Positions 16,055 to 25,179 of a DNA stretch of 38,577 nt are shown here, piece by piece. Position numbers and translations under genes: made by a program. The notes under the pieces are model-generated. The model saw only the letters and a list, made by a program, of their open reading frames with translations, did no database searches and was not told where the DNA came from. Numbering within the stretch: position 1 is the first letter of the stretch; every line of letters starts with the position of its first letter. The stretch comes from a virus (taxonomy: Duplodnaviria > Heunggongvirae > Uroviricota > Caudoviricetes), in IMG/VR virus record IMGVR_UViG_3300020057_001228, positions 128,001-166,577 of that record. The stretch is one strand, 5' to 3'.

Positions 16055-16466
16055 CTTTAGCCACCTGTAGTAGAGCGAGTACACCACCGAGTGGTTGGAT
16101 AGGAGCTAAGTCGTCTGTGTCAGGTTCCATCATGTCCATGACTGTAGCACTGACGATAAATTTGCCAATGAGATCAACGGGTTTCCCAACCATAATCTGC
16201 CATTGGTAAGATCCCGGATCAGCTCCCCGTACGAGCGATGCTGCGTAAGGACACTTTCCATCCAGCCCAAGAGCTCCAAGAGTAAACCCAATAGGTGAAG
16301 CATTTGCTTCAACACTAAGGACCACATCAGTGAGGTCTCCTGTTACCTGGATCTCGCCAGTAAGGATGATGTCCTGGAAGTTGGTTATCGTTCCTAAGTA
16401 TACACCCGCAACAGGGATCTTACCTGGGCCTAGATTAACTAGGGATAACTTTCCGTTGGCTCCCAT
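16032..16466 (-). CDS. hypothetical beta-rich acidic protein, possibly virion-associated
   Basis: AGGAG RBS; G/V/L/D-rich alternating pattern. Confidence 0.65.
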   Translation of the reverse strand: MGANGKLSLVNLGPGKIPVAGVYLGTITNFQDIILTGEIQVTGDLTDVVLSVEANASPIGFTLGALGLDGKCPYAASLVRGADPGSYQWQIMVGKPVDLIGKFIVSATVMDMMEPDTDDLAPIQPLGGVLALLQVAKDDFVVTA

Positions 16467-16740
16467 AGTCTCTCCTAGCCTTGATCAGGTTGTGTGCAGT
16501 TCTCAACCAGTCTAGCCTATACATGATGGTGTGGTAAATAGCTTTACCTACATCCAAAGCTAAGCTCTGGTGGTTGTATATATGCTCTTTAGTATTGTTA
16601 TACATACTGTACCTAAAGGTTACATCACGATGACCGATGTCTTCTAGCCCAGATACACACTGACCAAAAGAGAGCCAGTTATCTGGTGGGAGTTCACCCC
16701 ATCCTAGTTCGTCTTCGATTACTACGTATTGCATAGACAC
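16435..16740 (-). CDS. hypothetical protein
   Basis: 101-aa ORF; the start could be ATG 16734. Confidence 0.6.
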   Translation of the reverse strand: MSMQYVVIEDELGWGELPPDNWLSFGQCVSGLEDIGHRDVTFRYSMYNNTKEHIYNHQSLALDVGKAIYHTIMYRLDWLRTAHNLIKARRDYGSQRKVIPS

Positions 16741-16766
16741 CCTTTTGTTTTACTTGGACAAGAGCA

Positions 16767-16784
16767 GGGGTGGCGAACCACCCC
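16767..16784 (-). terminator. UUCG stem-loop after the first MoxR module
   Basis: GGGGTGG-TTCG-CCACCCC with a weak U-tract (TGCTCTTGT). Confidence 0.55.
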
Positions 16785-16799
16785 ATACCCATCTAATCG

Positions 16800-17237
16800 C
16801 TAGTTAGGGAAGCTTAGAAACTTCTTCTTGATGTCTGGCTCCATGTTCGGAATCTGTTCCAACCACTGAGCTCTCTCTTCGAAGCAACAATCGAAGATCA
16901 TAGACAACACAACGCCAACTAGCGGCTTTTCAGCACCACGAAGCTTCGTGATCGATTCAACATCAAAGTTCTCATTCCGTACAGCGATACGGAAGATGTG
17001 CTCGATGTTCGTACTCTTATAGGGATTCGCCAGCGTGTCATCGCTGGGAATCTCCTTAAGACAAGCGTGTTCATCGCTGTTCGGTGTATGCGGTTCAGCA
17101 CACAGCCAGCAGATGTAGGGTAGCCCCAACCTAAAGTTGGCCCACTGTTCATTGAGGTCAATGTCAGAGGGCATGGACACATCCTTGGTCAGCTCAGCAA
17201 GCTGCTCAGGGGTCAGTGTCTCTTCCAATGTTGCCAT
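16800..17237 (-). CDS. hypothetical protein with possible zinc finger
   Basis: AAGGAG RBS; CWLC..PH......EHAC. Confidence 0.7.
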   Translation of the reverse strand: MATLEETLTPEQLAELTKDVSMPSDIDLNEQWANFRLGLPYICWLCAEPHTPNSDEHACLKEIPSDDTLANPYKSTNIEHIFRIAVRNENFDVESITKLRGAEKPLVGVVLSMIFDCCFEERAQWLEQIPNMEPDIKKKFLSFPN

Positions 17238-17251
17238 GTGGTTTGTCTCCT

Positions 17252-18403
17252 TTAAGCTTTAGCAGCTTCAGCAGGCAGCGTGGTGCGGAACATATCCAGG
17301 TTACGAGTACGCCACAGTTTGAAATCTTCATTCTTGATGATCTCAATGTTGACGCCCTTCACCTTCCCAATGTCAGTGACAAACAGAGTAGCAAACTCTG
17401 TCTCAAACTTGTCGACATAACGGATGGCGTTACTCAAATACCCCTGGAACTGGAGAGCCTTCTCAGGCCTATTGTAGAACTGCACTAGCTTGGAGACGAT
17501 ACCAGAGATGGTTGCATAACGCAGACCAACATCCTCAGGCACCTCGACGTTTGTATAGCCACTAACGATGGCTTCGATGTTCGGCAGCTTATCCGTGATA
17601 GCGATGTAGTTGATGAAGGTAGTAGCTGCAGCAAACCCGATAGCACCAGACAATGCGAAGTGGAGAGCCACATTCTTATCAATGGGGATATGCGTCTTGT
17701 TGAGCTTACCCTTCAAGATACGATCAGCATACTCCCATGTACGAGGAGAGGGGAACGCAGGTTCATCAGAATCACTTCTGAAGTCGAACAGACCGGTCAC
17801 ACCCTTCCAGCTGACGAAACCAATGATCCTAGGATCAATCTTCGTGTTACCATCAGCACCAACCTGAAGTGCCCACTCTTTCCAGACATCAATGTCAGGC
17901 TGGATCTCGATGTGAACGAATCTATTGGCCAATGCTTTAGCCAGCTTGTATACAACGGAGCGATCACTCACCCGGTTACCAGCAGCTAGAACACTCCAAC
18001 CTGGAGGTAGAACAGCATCACCAACTCTACGGTCTAGCACCAGCTGATACGCAGAGGCTTGAACCATAGGAGGAGCAGAGCTCAGCTCATCGAGTAGCAG
18101 GATGCCACGCTTGCCGTGAATCTCCTCAGAGGGGAAGAAGCTAGGGATAGCCCAGTGAGCCCTCTTCAACTCACGGCCGTTCACCATGTCGTTGAGGAAG
18201 TACGGTAGACCACGAATGTCTGACGGGTCCATCTGAGATAGACGTACGTCGATCAGAGCCATCTCGTTCTTGTCCGCTAGCTCTTTGATCTTGGCGCTCT
18301 TGCCAACTCCAGGAGGGCCCCAGATGAACATAGGAGTACCCAGCTCAGCTTCAATGATTTCACCAGCTACGTTGAGATTGGTAGAGATGTTTTCGTTACT
18401 CAT
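17252..18403 (-). CDS. MoxR-type AAA+ ATPase (copy 1)
   Basis: Walker A GPPGVGKS, DVRLSQMDPSDIRGLP, Walker B LLLDEL, AAGN, ALANRF, PSPRTWE. Confidence 0.93.
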   Translation of the reverse strand: MSNENISTNLNVAGEIIEAELGTPMFIWGPPGVGKSAKIKELADKNEMALIDVRLSQMDPSDIRGLPYFLNDMVNGRELKRAHWAIPSFFPSEEIHGKRGILLLDELSSAPPMVQASAYQLVLDRRVGDAVLPPGWSVLAAGNRVSDRSVVYKLAKALANRFVHIEIQPDIDVWKEWALQVGADGNTKIDPRIIGFVSWKGVTGLFDFRSDSDEPAFPSPRTWEYADRILKGKLNKTHIPIDKNVALHFALSGAIGFAAATTFINYIAITDKLPNIEAIVSGYTNVEVPEDVGLRYATISGIVSKLVQFYNRPEKALQFQGYLSNAIRYVDKFETEFATLFVTDIGKVKGVNIEIIKNEDFKLWRTRNLDMFRTTLPAEAAKA

Positions 18404-18411
18404 GTTGGTCC

Positions 18412-19545
18412 TTAGCCTGTTATTCCAGTGAGTGGTAATACGGTGCCGAACTTTGGTATGTCCGTTCTATTGCTCAACACCCAAATTACTTCATAGTCTG
18501 GAGCTGGTGGCATCTCTTCGTAGAAGTCACCATCAGAGGCTATGATCAAGGCATCAATTGGCTCATGAACATTCTGTTCAATCCAATCAAACACAGGACT
18601 AACGTGGGTACCACCACGGTCTTCAAATCCATACCCCTCTGCAGGGATATTATCTCCAGTGATAAACTTCTTGTGACTGTGCAAGTGGGAAGAGAATGCA
18701 AGCACATCAATCTCAAAGTTTCTAAACGATCCCATGATGTCATTCAAGACGCCTACGAAGTACTGAAGCTCTTTACTGGACACTGATCCAGAGGAGTCAA
18801 TAGCTAAGACGATCCTAACCATACTTCCTGTATAGCCGTACATGTAGATCCCATGGGCGAATAGCTTCTTGTGTGGAGGTACGATGCAGTGGTCATCCTT
18901 GATAACAGATTTGATCGTCGCGTCCAGCAGTGAGTAGAAGTCAATCTTAGGGCTGAGATAGCTATCAATAACCTCTGCAACCCCATTAGGAAGCTTACCA
19001 GCAGCACGTGCCTTCTGGGCAGCCTGGATAGACCTATTGACCCAGTCACGCTTGTCACAGGCATCTATAGGAGTACCGTCAAGCATGTCATGGTCGTCAA
19101 GGGTCTTCATATCCTTGAGCTTCTCTTTGAGATCTGGGTCGTTCATGATGTAATCATAAACTTTCTCAGAGTTCCAACCCTTAAACTTGTAGGGTTCGTA
19201 CAGACAGCCTTTGATGAACTCAAACTTAGCATCAACCAGGATACTATTGATCACGTAGTCTGTTGCTAGATTCCAGGCGTGTTTGTTGCGATCTGAAACA
19301 CGATCATTGTTATGAACATGTTTAAAGACGACGTGCATGACTTCGTGGGCCATGGCAAACATGAGCTCAGCATCAGATAAACCATCTACGAATTCTTTGT
19401 TGAAGTAGATGTTCCTGCCATCGGTGGCCAAGGTGGACATCAGCTTTGTCTCAACAAGTCGAAGATACATCACCAAGCTCCCAAAGAAGGGGTGATCTAA
19501 TAGCAGGTTTACCCTAGCTTTGCTTACACGTTTAGCTGTGTCCAA
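18412..19545 (-). CDS. HExxH metallopeptidase-like + vWA domain protein (DUF2201 type, copy 1)
   Basis: PFFG, ATDG, HEVMH, WNLATDYVIN, LDDH; MIDAS DSSGS, GGT, SDG. Start TTG 19545 after GGAGG. Confidence 0.9.
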   Translation of the reverse strand: MDTAKRVSKARVNLLLDHPFFGSLVMYLRLVETKLMSTLATDGRNIYFNKEFVDGLSDAELMFAMAHEVMHVVFKHVHNNDRVSDRNKHAWNLATDYVINSILVDAKFEFIKGCLYEPYKFKGWNSEKVYDYIMNDPDLKEKLKDMKTLDDHDMLDGTPIDACDKRDWVNRSIQAAQKARAAGKLPNGVAEVIDSYLSPKIDFYSLLDATIKSVIKDDHCIVPPHKKLFAHGIYMYGYTGSMVRIVLAIDSSGSVSSKELQYFVGVLNDIMGSFRNFEIDVLAFSSHLHSHKKFITGDNIPAEGYGFEDRGGTHVSPVFDWIEQNVHEPIDALIIASDGDFYEEMPPAPDYEVIWVLSNRTDIPKFGTVLPLTGITG

Positions 19546-19636
19546 AAATCCTCCGATGTGAACACCTTTACCAGATCGATACCATCTATGATAATGATGG
19601 AACATTCTGGTGCATAGTTAGATTAGGAGCGTCGTC

Positions 19637-19864
19637 ATGGACGAGCAGGATCTGTTTTTCGAAGAGCCCAAGAACACCATTCAGATTGTTATTGGACCAG
19701 ACAAGTATGTTGTCTCATCCACGCTCACTGCTAATACATCTGACAAGACCTTCGATAAGCTCCTGAAGAGGATGCTATACGCCGAGAGGTTTATCAGAGC
19801 ATCTAAAGATGTCACCCCGGTAGAGTACGTTGATATAGTAGAGGGTGAGGATGAAGCAACTTAA
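19637..19864 (+). CDS. small acidic hypothetical protein
   Basis: AGGAG RBS; occupies a gap with no minus-strand gene; converges on 19861. Confidence 0.75.
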   Translation: MDEQDLFFEEPKNTIQIVIGPDKYVVSSTLTANTSDKTFDKLLKRMLYAERFIRASKDVTPVEYVDIVEGEDEAT

Positions 19865-20247
19865 GTCTTCTGGTATGCCTTAATAGCCTCGGGGATCAGA
19901 TGCGGTAGAGTCTTCTTCACCAGAATGTCTACCACTGCTTCTAGATCCCCACTACGGATTCTCTCTAGATTAGCTGTATCAAACTCTTCCTCGGTACCAC
20001 TGTCGCCAAGGAAGACGTACCGTGCTGCTGTTAGACGAGAATTTCTAGCACCGCTGAGATCAAGTTCACCGTCAGCTCCAAAGCTAATTGTGGATCCACT
20101 CTGTTTGTGTTTGATTTCGACTGAGCCGTCTGGTGCCTTCGTGAAGATGAGCCCCATGAACTCTTTAGTTTCAAGAGTACTAGGAGGATCAATAACCCTA
20201 GGAGTATCCACCATACGTACATTCAGTCTACCTACCACTTGAGCCAT
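19861..20247 (-). CDS. hypothetical protein with spike-like beta repeats
   Basis: Start ATG 20247 (AAGGGA); DGSVEIKHKQSGSTISFGADGELDL resembles gp5/GpV beta-helix repeats. The function call is weak. Confidence 0.55.
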   Translation of the reverse strand: MAQVVGRLNVRMVDTPRVIDPPSTLETKEFMGLIFTKAPDGSVEIKHKQSGSTISFGADGELDLSGARNSRLTAARYVFLGDSGTEEEFDTANLERIRSGDLEAVVDILVKKTLPHLIPEAIKAYQKT

Positions 20248-20719
20248 GTCCCTTGTCACCTCTGTTCGTCTCTGACAGTTCATCTACATACTCAAATGCT
20301 CTCACAATAACAGGCAAGAGTACAAGCTGAGATACACGTTCACCAGCTTCTAGGGTAACTGAGTTAAGACCTAGGTTAACGATGTTCGTCATCAACTCAC
20401 CACGATAGCTAGGGTCAACAGTCCCATACTGTACATACAGAGGGGCTATGACGTCGATGCCGCTCATGAACTTCATGAGGGTAGATGATCTAGGCCTGAT
20501 GGAGAATTGATAGCCTTCTGGGGGCTCTACGCAGATAGCATGTTTCAAACGAACAGGTAAGTTCGGCTGAAGGATGATATCTTGCTGGACGTACAGATCA
20601 TACCCAGTGTTCCCGTCTTCAGGACAACCAAGTCGAGCATAGTTATTACCAGGAATCTGTCTGACCTTGAATTGACCATAAGCGCTATCGGAGTGTAGTG
20701 GCGTGACTATGAACACCAT
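20228..20719 (-). CDS. dut: trimeric dUTPase
   Basis: Motifs GYDL, RPRSS, GTVDPSYRGE, GERVSQL, RGDKGHGSSG. Confidence 0.95.
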   Translation of the reverse strand: MVFIVTPLHSDSAYGQFKVRQIPGNNYARLGCPEDGNTGYDLYVQQDIILQPNLPVRLKHAICVEPPEGYQFSIRPRSSTLMKFMSGIDVIAPLYVQYGTVDPSYRGELMTNIVNLGLNSVTLEAGERVSQLVLLPVIVRAFEYVDELSETNRGDKGHGSSGR

Positions 20720-20819
20720 AAGGGTTCCTTTTACATTTCGTTACTTGTCATGTATTGACTACTGAGGTCTATCAAGTCATGATTCTATATGAACCTAGAC
20801 CAAGACCCAACAGGAGTCA

Positions 20820-21905
20820 GTGATGCTTCCTAGCTCAAACCGTATCGACCACATCAGACAGATCGCAGCAACAAGGGCTAATGCCAACGCTGCAGCAGCT
20901 GCTGATAGGACAGAGCTTTCCAAGATTGTTCGTAGCGAGCACTTCGCTGGCATCGATCGCGAACACCTTAAGGCACAACGCGAAATGACTGCATCAGTCG
21001 TCCGCCAGGAGCCGAAAGAGATAGCGGTAACTAACCATACCGACCGCCTATCCACCAAACAGAAGACAAATGACGTCACCCTAGATGATATGTTTGGCGA
21101 AGCCATCCGTCGTCAGGACTTCAAAACCAAGCTAACGGTACCTACCTACCCTGAGATTCATCACAATATGAAGGACGACAAGCCTATCGCTGTCACCTTC
21201 TTTTCTGATATCCACCTAGGTAGTTATGGTATGGCTTACGAACAGCTACAGGGGGACATCAAGGCGATCAAGAACACCGAGGGTATGTATGTAGTACATA
21301 ACGGTGACGAGATCAACAACTTCATCATCGGCAGGCTACAGGGCCTCTCCAGGCACGATGCACTCCAGCCGGATGACCAGTGGATGTTCCTCAAGCTAAT
21401 GTTCAAGGAGCTCGCTCCAAAGACTCTAGCAGCTACCAGGGGTAACCACACTGATTGGACTCCGATGCTCACAGCAATCGACTACAGGTCTGAGATCTGC
21501 GATAGCCTAAGCATCCTGGATGTTGGTCACGGTGGTAAGATCTACATCACTCTCGGTGGTATTATGTACACGGTGATGGTACGTCACAAGTACAAGTTCG
21601 AGTCTGGCTCCAACCAGTACAACGCTGTTGTGAAGATGTTCGAGAACTTCGGTCCATTCGATGTCGGTGTCATCGGCCATACACACACCAGTGGTATTGC
21701 TAATTTCAACAGACAGGGTAAGGACTTCGTTGCTATCCGTCCAGGTAGCTACAAGATCCACGATGAGTATGCAGAGGAATGGGGATGGGCTCCAGCTAAG
21801 TCTCTGTCACCCACCGTCATCTTGTTCCCAACCGAGAAGCGCATGGTGATCTTTGATAACTGCCAAGAAGCCTCAGAGTACCTAAAGTTCCTGAGGGCCA
21901 ACTAA
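20820..21905 (+). CDS. calcineurin-like metallophosphoesterase with N-terminal extension
   Basis: SDIHLG, NGD, GNH, RH and GHTH motifs; AGGAG RBS. Confidence 0.9.
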   Translation: MMLPSSNRIDHIRQIAATRANANAAAAADRTELSKIVRSEHFAGIDREHLKAQREMTASVVRQEPKEIAVTNHTDRLSTKQKTNDVTLDDMFGEAIRRQDFKTKLTVPTYPEIHHNMKDDKPIAVTFFSDIHLGSYGMAYEQLQGDIKAIKNTEGMYVVHNGDEINNFIIGRLQGLSRHDALQPDDQWMFLKLMFKELAPKTLAATRGNHTDWTPMLTAIDYRSEICDSLSILDVGHGGKIYITLGGIMYTVMVRHKYKFESGSNQYNAVVKMFENFGPFDVGVIGHTHTSGIANFNRQGKDFVAIRPGSYKIHDEYAEEWGWAPAKSLSPTVILFPTEKRMVIFDNCQEASEYLKFLRAN

Positions 21906-21909
21906 CCAA

Positions 21910-22173
21910 ATGCTTCAACTAGAACTTACAAGAGAGCAGCTTCCCCTATTTGGGGACACGGTGAAAGAAGACTCGCACAGTGAGTTGAAGCTTAGGTTGT
22001 GTGGATTAGACATCGAAGACGTGCTCCTGTTCTCCAATCTGGTAGACCAGGATGCACCTAAAGCAGAGATCTATATTGATTCCGGCTACGTCATCCTAGA
22101 AGGGATGAAATACGAAGTACTCTGGGTCTTGTATCTGTTCCAACAGGCAAGGCTCAGGGCCGGGGTCGTCTAG
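21910..22173 (+). CDS. hypothetical protein with putative beta-clamp-binding motif
   Basis: Starts 4 nt after the phosphoesterase; QLPLF at residues 10-14. Confidence 0.65.
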   Translation: MLQLELTREQLPLFGDTVKEDSHSELKLRLCGLDIEDVLLFSNLVDQDAPKAEIYIDSGYVILEGMKYEVLWVLYLFQQARLRAGVV

Positions 22174-22175
22174 GT

Positions 22176-22481
22176 CTAAGGGGTATGGCTTGAGCAGCTG
22201 TGCCCCTTCTTTTTGTTTGCGAACTTGTATAGCTTGTGAGCTACAACTATCTTCTCTAGAGTAGGGAGAGCCCACTGCTTCACCTCTAAGTCACGTGCCG
22301 CTGTGGTGAGCTTAGAGGCTACGTAGTCACATAAATCCCATATGGTAAACATGGTAGAGTGTGCTACAGAGCAGATAGAATCCTCAAAGGTTCTATGTAC
22401 CCAGGGTATAGCCATATGTACCCAGGGTATAGCCATTGGTGTGCTCACACCCAACGTTATCTCACTACAAGGGTTCTTCAT
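22176..22481 (-). CDS. hypothetical protein
   Basis: Start moved to ATG 22481 (ATGA overlap with the upstream stop); begins MKNPCSEITL. Confidence 0.6.
   Translation of the reverse strand: MKNPCSEITLGVSTPMAIPWVHMAIPWVHRTFEDSICSVAHSTMFTIWDLCDYVASKLTTAARDLEVKQWALPTLEKIVVAHKLYKFANKKKGHSCSSHTP
22394..22435. repeat. perfect 21-bp tandem duplication
   Basis: TATGTACCCAGGGTATAGCCA x2, encoding MAIPWVH twice. Confidence 0.95.
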
Positions 22482-22813
22482 AGCAGATTGAAGTTGTACA
22501 ACGCTGTAAGCATATGAGCCTGGTGTGTAGTGGGGATGATACTCTTCTCCACCGGGACACCTTCTTTGATCCATACAAGCGTCTCCACCATGTCTAGAGA
22601 TCGCATGACGGGGTCACTATACCCATTGTGCAGCCTAGCCTCCAGTATGGGTGCTTTGCCTGCTACCTTGACTACTACACGATGGTTATCCTGCGTGTAA
22701 TCAAACTCCAGACGTGCATTCTTATCTTCAAGGCTGAGCTTGTAGCGTAGGACACACTGCATGGTAGTTAGGTTGATACGATCTTCGAATGGGTTCTGCG
22801 GGTCAATCATCAA
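22478..22813 (-). CDS. hypothetical protein
   Basis: 111-aa ORF, GGAG RBS, overlaps neighbours. Confidence 0.65.
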   Translation of the reverse strand: MMIDPQNPFEDRINLTTMQCVLRYKLSLEDKNARLEFDYTQDNHRVVVKVAGKAPILEARLHNGYSDPVMRSLDMVETLVWIKEGVPVEKSIIPTTHQAHMLTALYNFNLL

Positions 22814-23192
22814 GGGCTCCGATTTGTTCTGCGAACCAGGTGCTGAACTTGGTAGTGAAGTACGGGATATTCAAGTGGATAGCCACGCTGGTGACAATGA
22901 GACTAACGTACACACCAGTCTTCCACATAGGTGCTGCTGGATTATGCATACCCTGCTGCACGATTGGATAGAGTGGAGTCAGTCCCAATAGATACCATAC
23001 GAGACCAATCCACACAAGATTAACAGCCAAGGTCACGAGGATGTCTATGAGCTTATAGCCATAGTGGTACACCTGGAACTTGGTCGTAGCCTTCAAGGTT
23101 GACGGAGGAATCAACTTAACGAATCCCTGAGCTATGAGTGGAGAGAACGCATCAATGGGGTCCTCATCAGCAGGTGGTAGAAAGCTATTCAT
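22803..23192 (-). CDS. membrane protein with two predicted transmembrane helices
   Basis: Hydrophobic segments ILVTLAVNLVWIGLVWYLLGL and GVYVSLIVTSVAIHLNIPYF. Confidence 0.7.
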   Translation of the reverse strand: MNSFLPPADEDPIDAFSPLIAQGFVKLIPPSTLKATTKFQVYHYGYKLIDILVTLAVNLVWIGLVWYLLGLTPLYPIVQQGMHNPAAPMWKTGVYVSLIVTSVAIHLNIPYFTTKFSTWFAEQIGALDD

Positions 23193-23706
23193 GTTTAGTC
23201 CTTACAGCTTCGATCAGGTCTTCCATCTGGGACAAGATACCTGAGGTAGGCTTTGTCTCCAGTTCTAAAACACGTTCACGAAGAGCATCTCTGTCAGCCT
23301 GCAGCTCTTTAAAGGCTGCTACGAACTCAGCTAGGATATCTTCAGGAGACTTATCGGTCTTCTTACGTTTACCCTTCTTAGCAGCTGCTACAGCTATGGG
23401 GTTAGGCTCTGGATCCATCTGTAAGAGTAATGTAGAAACACCAACGCTACTGGTCAGGAGCTTTACCTTAGACAGGAGACCGAATGAGTTCTTTACTGTG
23501 GACAGAGGCTGGTAGTTATTACTGTCGACTAACGTCATCAAGACGTCATCTGTCACTGTTACTGGGTGAGCACCAGCTATGAAGGAGATCTCCTTTAGCT
23601 GTTCCATAACCATGATTGCTGTCTTAGCAAAGTCTTGGTCCTCACACCCTATGGCCGCGTAGAAGCGTGGGTGGCTTTCTTTTATAGCGTCGAAGGCTTC
23701 GTTCAC
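23185..23706 (-). CDS. hypothetical protein with basic linker and C-terminal coiled coil
   Basis: KKGKRKK followed by heptads (FKELQADRDALRERVLELE). Confidence 0.7.
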   Translation of the reverse strand: MNEAFDAIKESHPRFYAAIGCEDQDFAKTAIMVMEQLKEISFIAGAHPVTVTDDVLMTLVDSNNYQPLSTVKNSFGLLSKVKLLTSSVGVSTLLLQMDPEPNPIAVAAAKKGKRKKTDKSPEDILAEFVAAFKELQADRDALRERVLELETKPTSGILSQMEDLIEAVRTKHE

Positions 23707-24017
23707 TGTTTGATATCCTTTGGGATGTTAAGTAGAATCTCTAACCCAACAGGTTTATCACCCGCATCTATGTCCATGAGAGCTGCGATTGCGGACCCAT
23801 CGTTTACATCTTCTTGCCTAACAATCCTACGGATAGACTTCTTAGGGTCTGCCAGGTGTATATATATGGAGTATGTTTGATCGGTCACCCTAGACGCTGC
23901 ATAAGCATGACACCAGAGTGACCGAGCGAATACACTCTCAAAGACCATACTAATTGATCGGTTTGAGAATCCCTTTAAACACAGCTCTGCTAAGTCCTTC
24001 AACGTAGCAGGAGGCAT
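23703..24017 (-). CDS. hypothetical protein
   Basis: 104-aa ORF coupled to neighbours. Confidence 0.6.
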   Translation of the reverse strand: MPPATLKDLAELCLKGFSNRSISMVFESVFARSLWCHAYAASRVTDQTYSIYIHLADPKKSIRRIVRQEDVNDGSAIAALMDIDAGDKPVGLEILLNIPKDIKQ

Positions 24018-24020
24018 GAT

Positions 24021-25175
24021 CTATTCCATTTCAGCCTTCACCTTTGTAAGCTTCTCTTTGTACAACCCAAGCAGCCGTGAACTACTCAGTACGAGTGGTT
24101 GGAATCGTTTACCAAAGTCTGTACGATAGTCTACCATGCTCACTACAAGCTTAGACCCCATCTCTGGTGGAACTAGGCAGAGGAAGGCAGACACGCTGGA
24201 GAACTGATCCTTACTGATGGACTTCATGTTCTTCAGGTAGAGGTACAGTCTGTGAACCGTGATGGCTAACAGAGAGTTCATACCCTGAGAAACCCAGGAG
24301 TCGATCTTATCCTCTACATCCTCACCAGCCAAGATAACTTCAGGGCTGATAGGCTTCTCAGTGGATTTCCATGCATCAAAGGTAGCAAGGAACTCAACAC
24401 CAAAGGTACATGTAGCGATAAGACTGAGTAGCGTTCTATCGTCTTTGATGTACGGATAGATACGAGCGAAGATCATACGCATACGAGGATTGCTGTCAGG
24501 CTTTGTGATGGAGACTCTTTCAGTCTTCAGTCCGTCCCTGTTAGCCAACCAGAAGTTCTTGAGATCTTCATGAACGTCCTGGATCTCCATCTGTTCTAGC
24601 TCTACATCGATAGCCACGTTGTATGGCACGCTAAGGAACCTAGAGAGCTGAGCTCTATCTAGTTGGGAGACGTTGTACTCCACTGTGTCAGGGTTGTCTG
24701 TGATCACAATAGCCCATGTGTTGGGAATCGATACACCAGCAAACGTACGTTCCAGAGAGAACTGTTGTAAGGCCTGTTGGATGTGTGGGAGAGCCCTAGA
24801 CATGTCATCGATGTTCAGGATACCTGTAGTGCCTTCTTTAGGCCAATCCTTTGGCACGGCTACCACAGTCTCTTTACCACCATCTGCAGAGTCAGATACC
24901 GTACTGAGTCCAAAGATCTCAGCAACGTCAGTCTTCTGTGTATCCAACTTCAGGTAGCCGATACCAGCCTTACGGCAGTAGTCTTCTACAATAGCTGTCT
25001 TACCCACACCCGGAGCACCAACTAAACGTATCACTACGTGTCTAGGTCTCAGGTTAGGATTACCTGACGCATCCAATGTAGCATGGTAAGCAGCATTAAT
25101 CAGCCTCATATAGGGGTTGATACTAAACTTACTGAGGCCTTCGCTACATACCTGTGTTGGTGTTTTATCTGACAC
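24021..25175 (-). CDS. MoxR-type AAA+ ATPase (copy 2, Walker B DD variant)
   Basis: Walker A GAPGVGKT, Walker B ILNIDDMSRA, ITDNP, LDRAQLSRF, NPR. Confidence 0.88.
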   Translation of the reverse strand: MSDKTPTQVCSEGLSKFSINPYMRLINAAYHATLDASGNPNLRPRHVVIRLVGAPGVGKTAIVEDYCRKAGIGYLKLDTQKTDVAEIFGLSTVSDSADGGKETVVAVPKDWPKEGTTGILNIDDMSRALPHIQQALQQFSLERTFAGVSIPNTWAIVITDNPDTVEYNVSQLDRAQLSRFLSVPYNVAIDVELEQMEIQDVHEDLKNFWLANRDGLKTERVSITKPDSNPRMRMIFARIYPYIKDDRTLLSLIATCTFGVEFLATFDAWKSTEKPISPEVILAGEDVEDKIDSWVSQGMNSLLAITVHRLYLYLKNMKSISKDQFSSVSAFLCLVPPEMGSKLVVSMVDYRTDFGKRFQPLVLSSSRLLGLYKEKLTKVKAEME

Positions 25176-25179
25176 TGTA

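Noticed and set aside
8261-20719. Genome-wide TAG recoding, suggested by the in-frame TAG at 12640
   Set aside because: thyA, pseT and dut all end with TAG exactly at their expected C-termini, and long genes are not interrupted by TAG.
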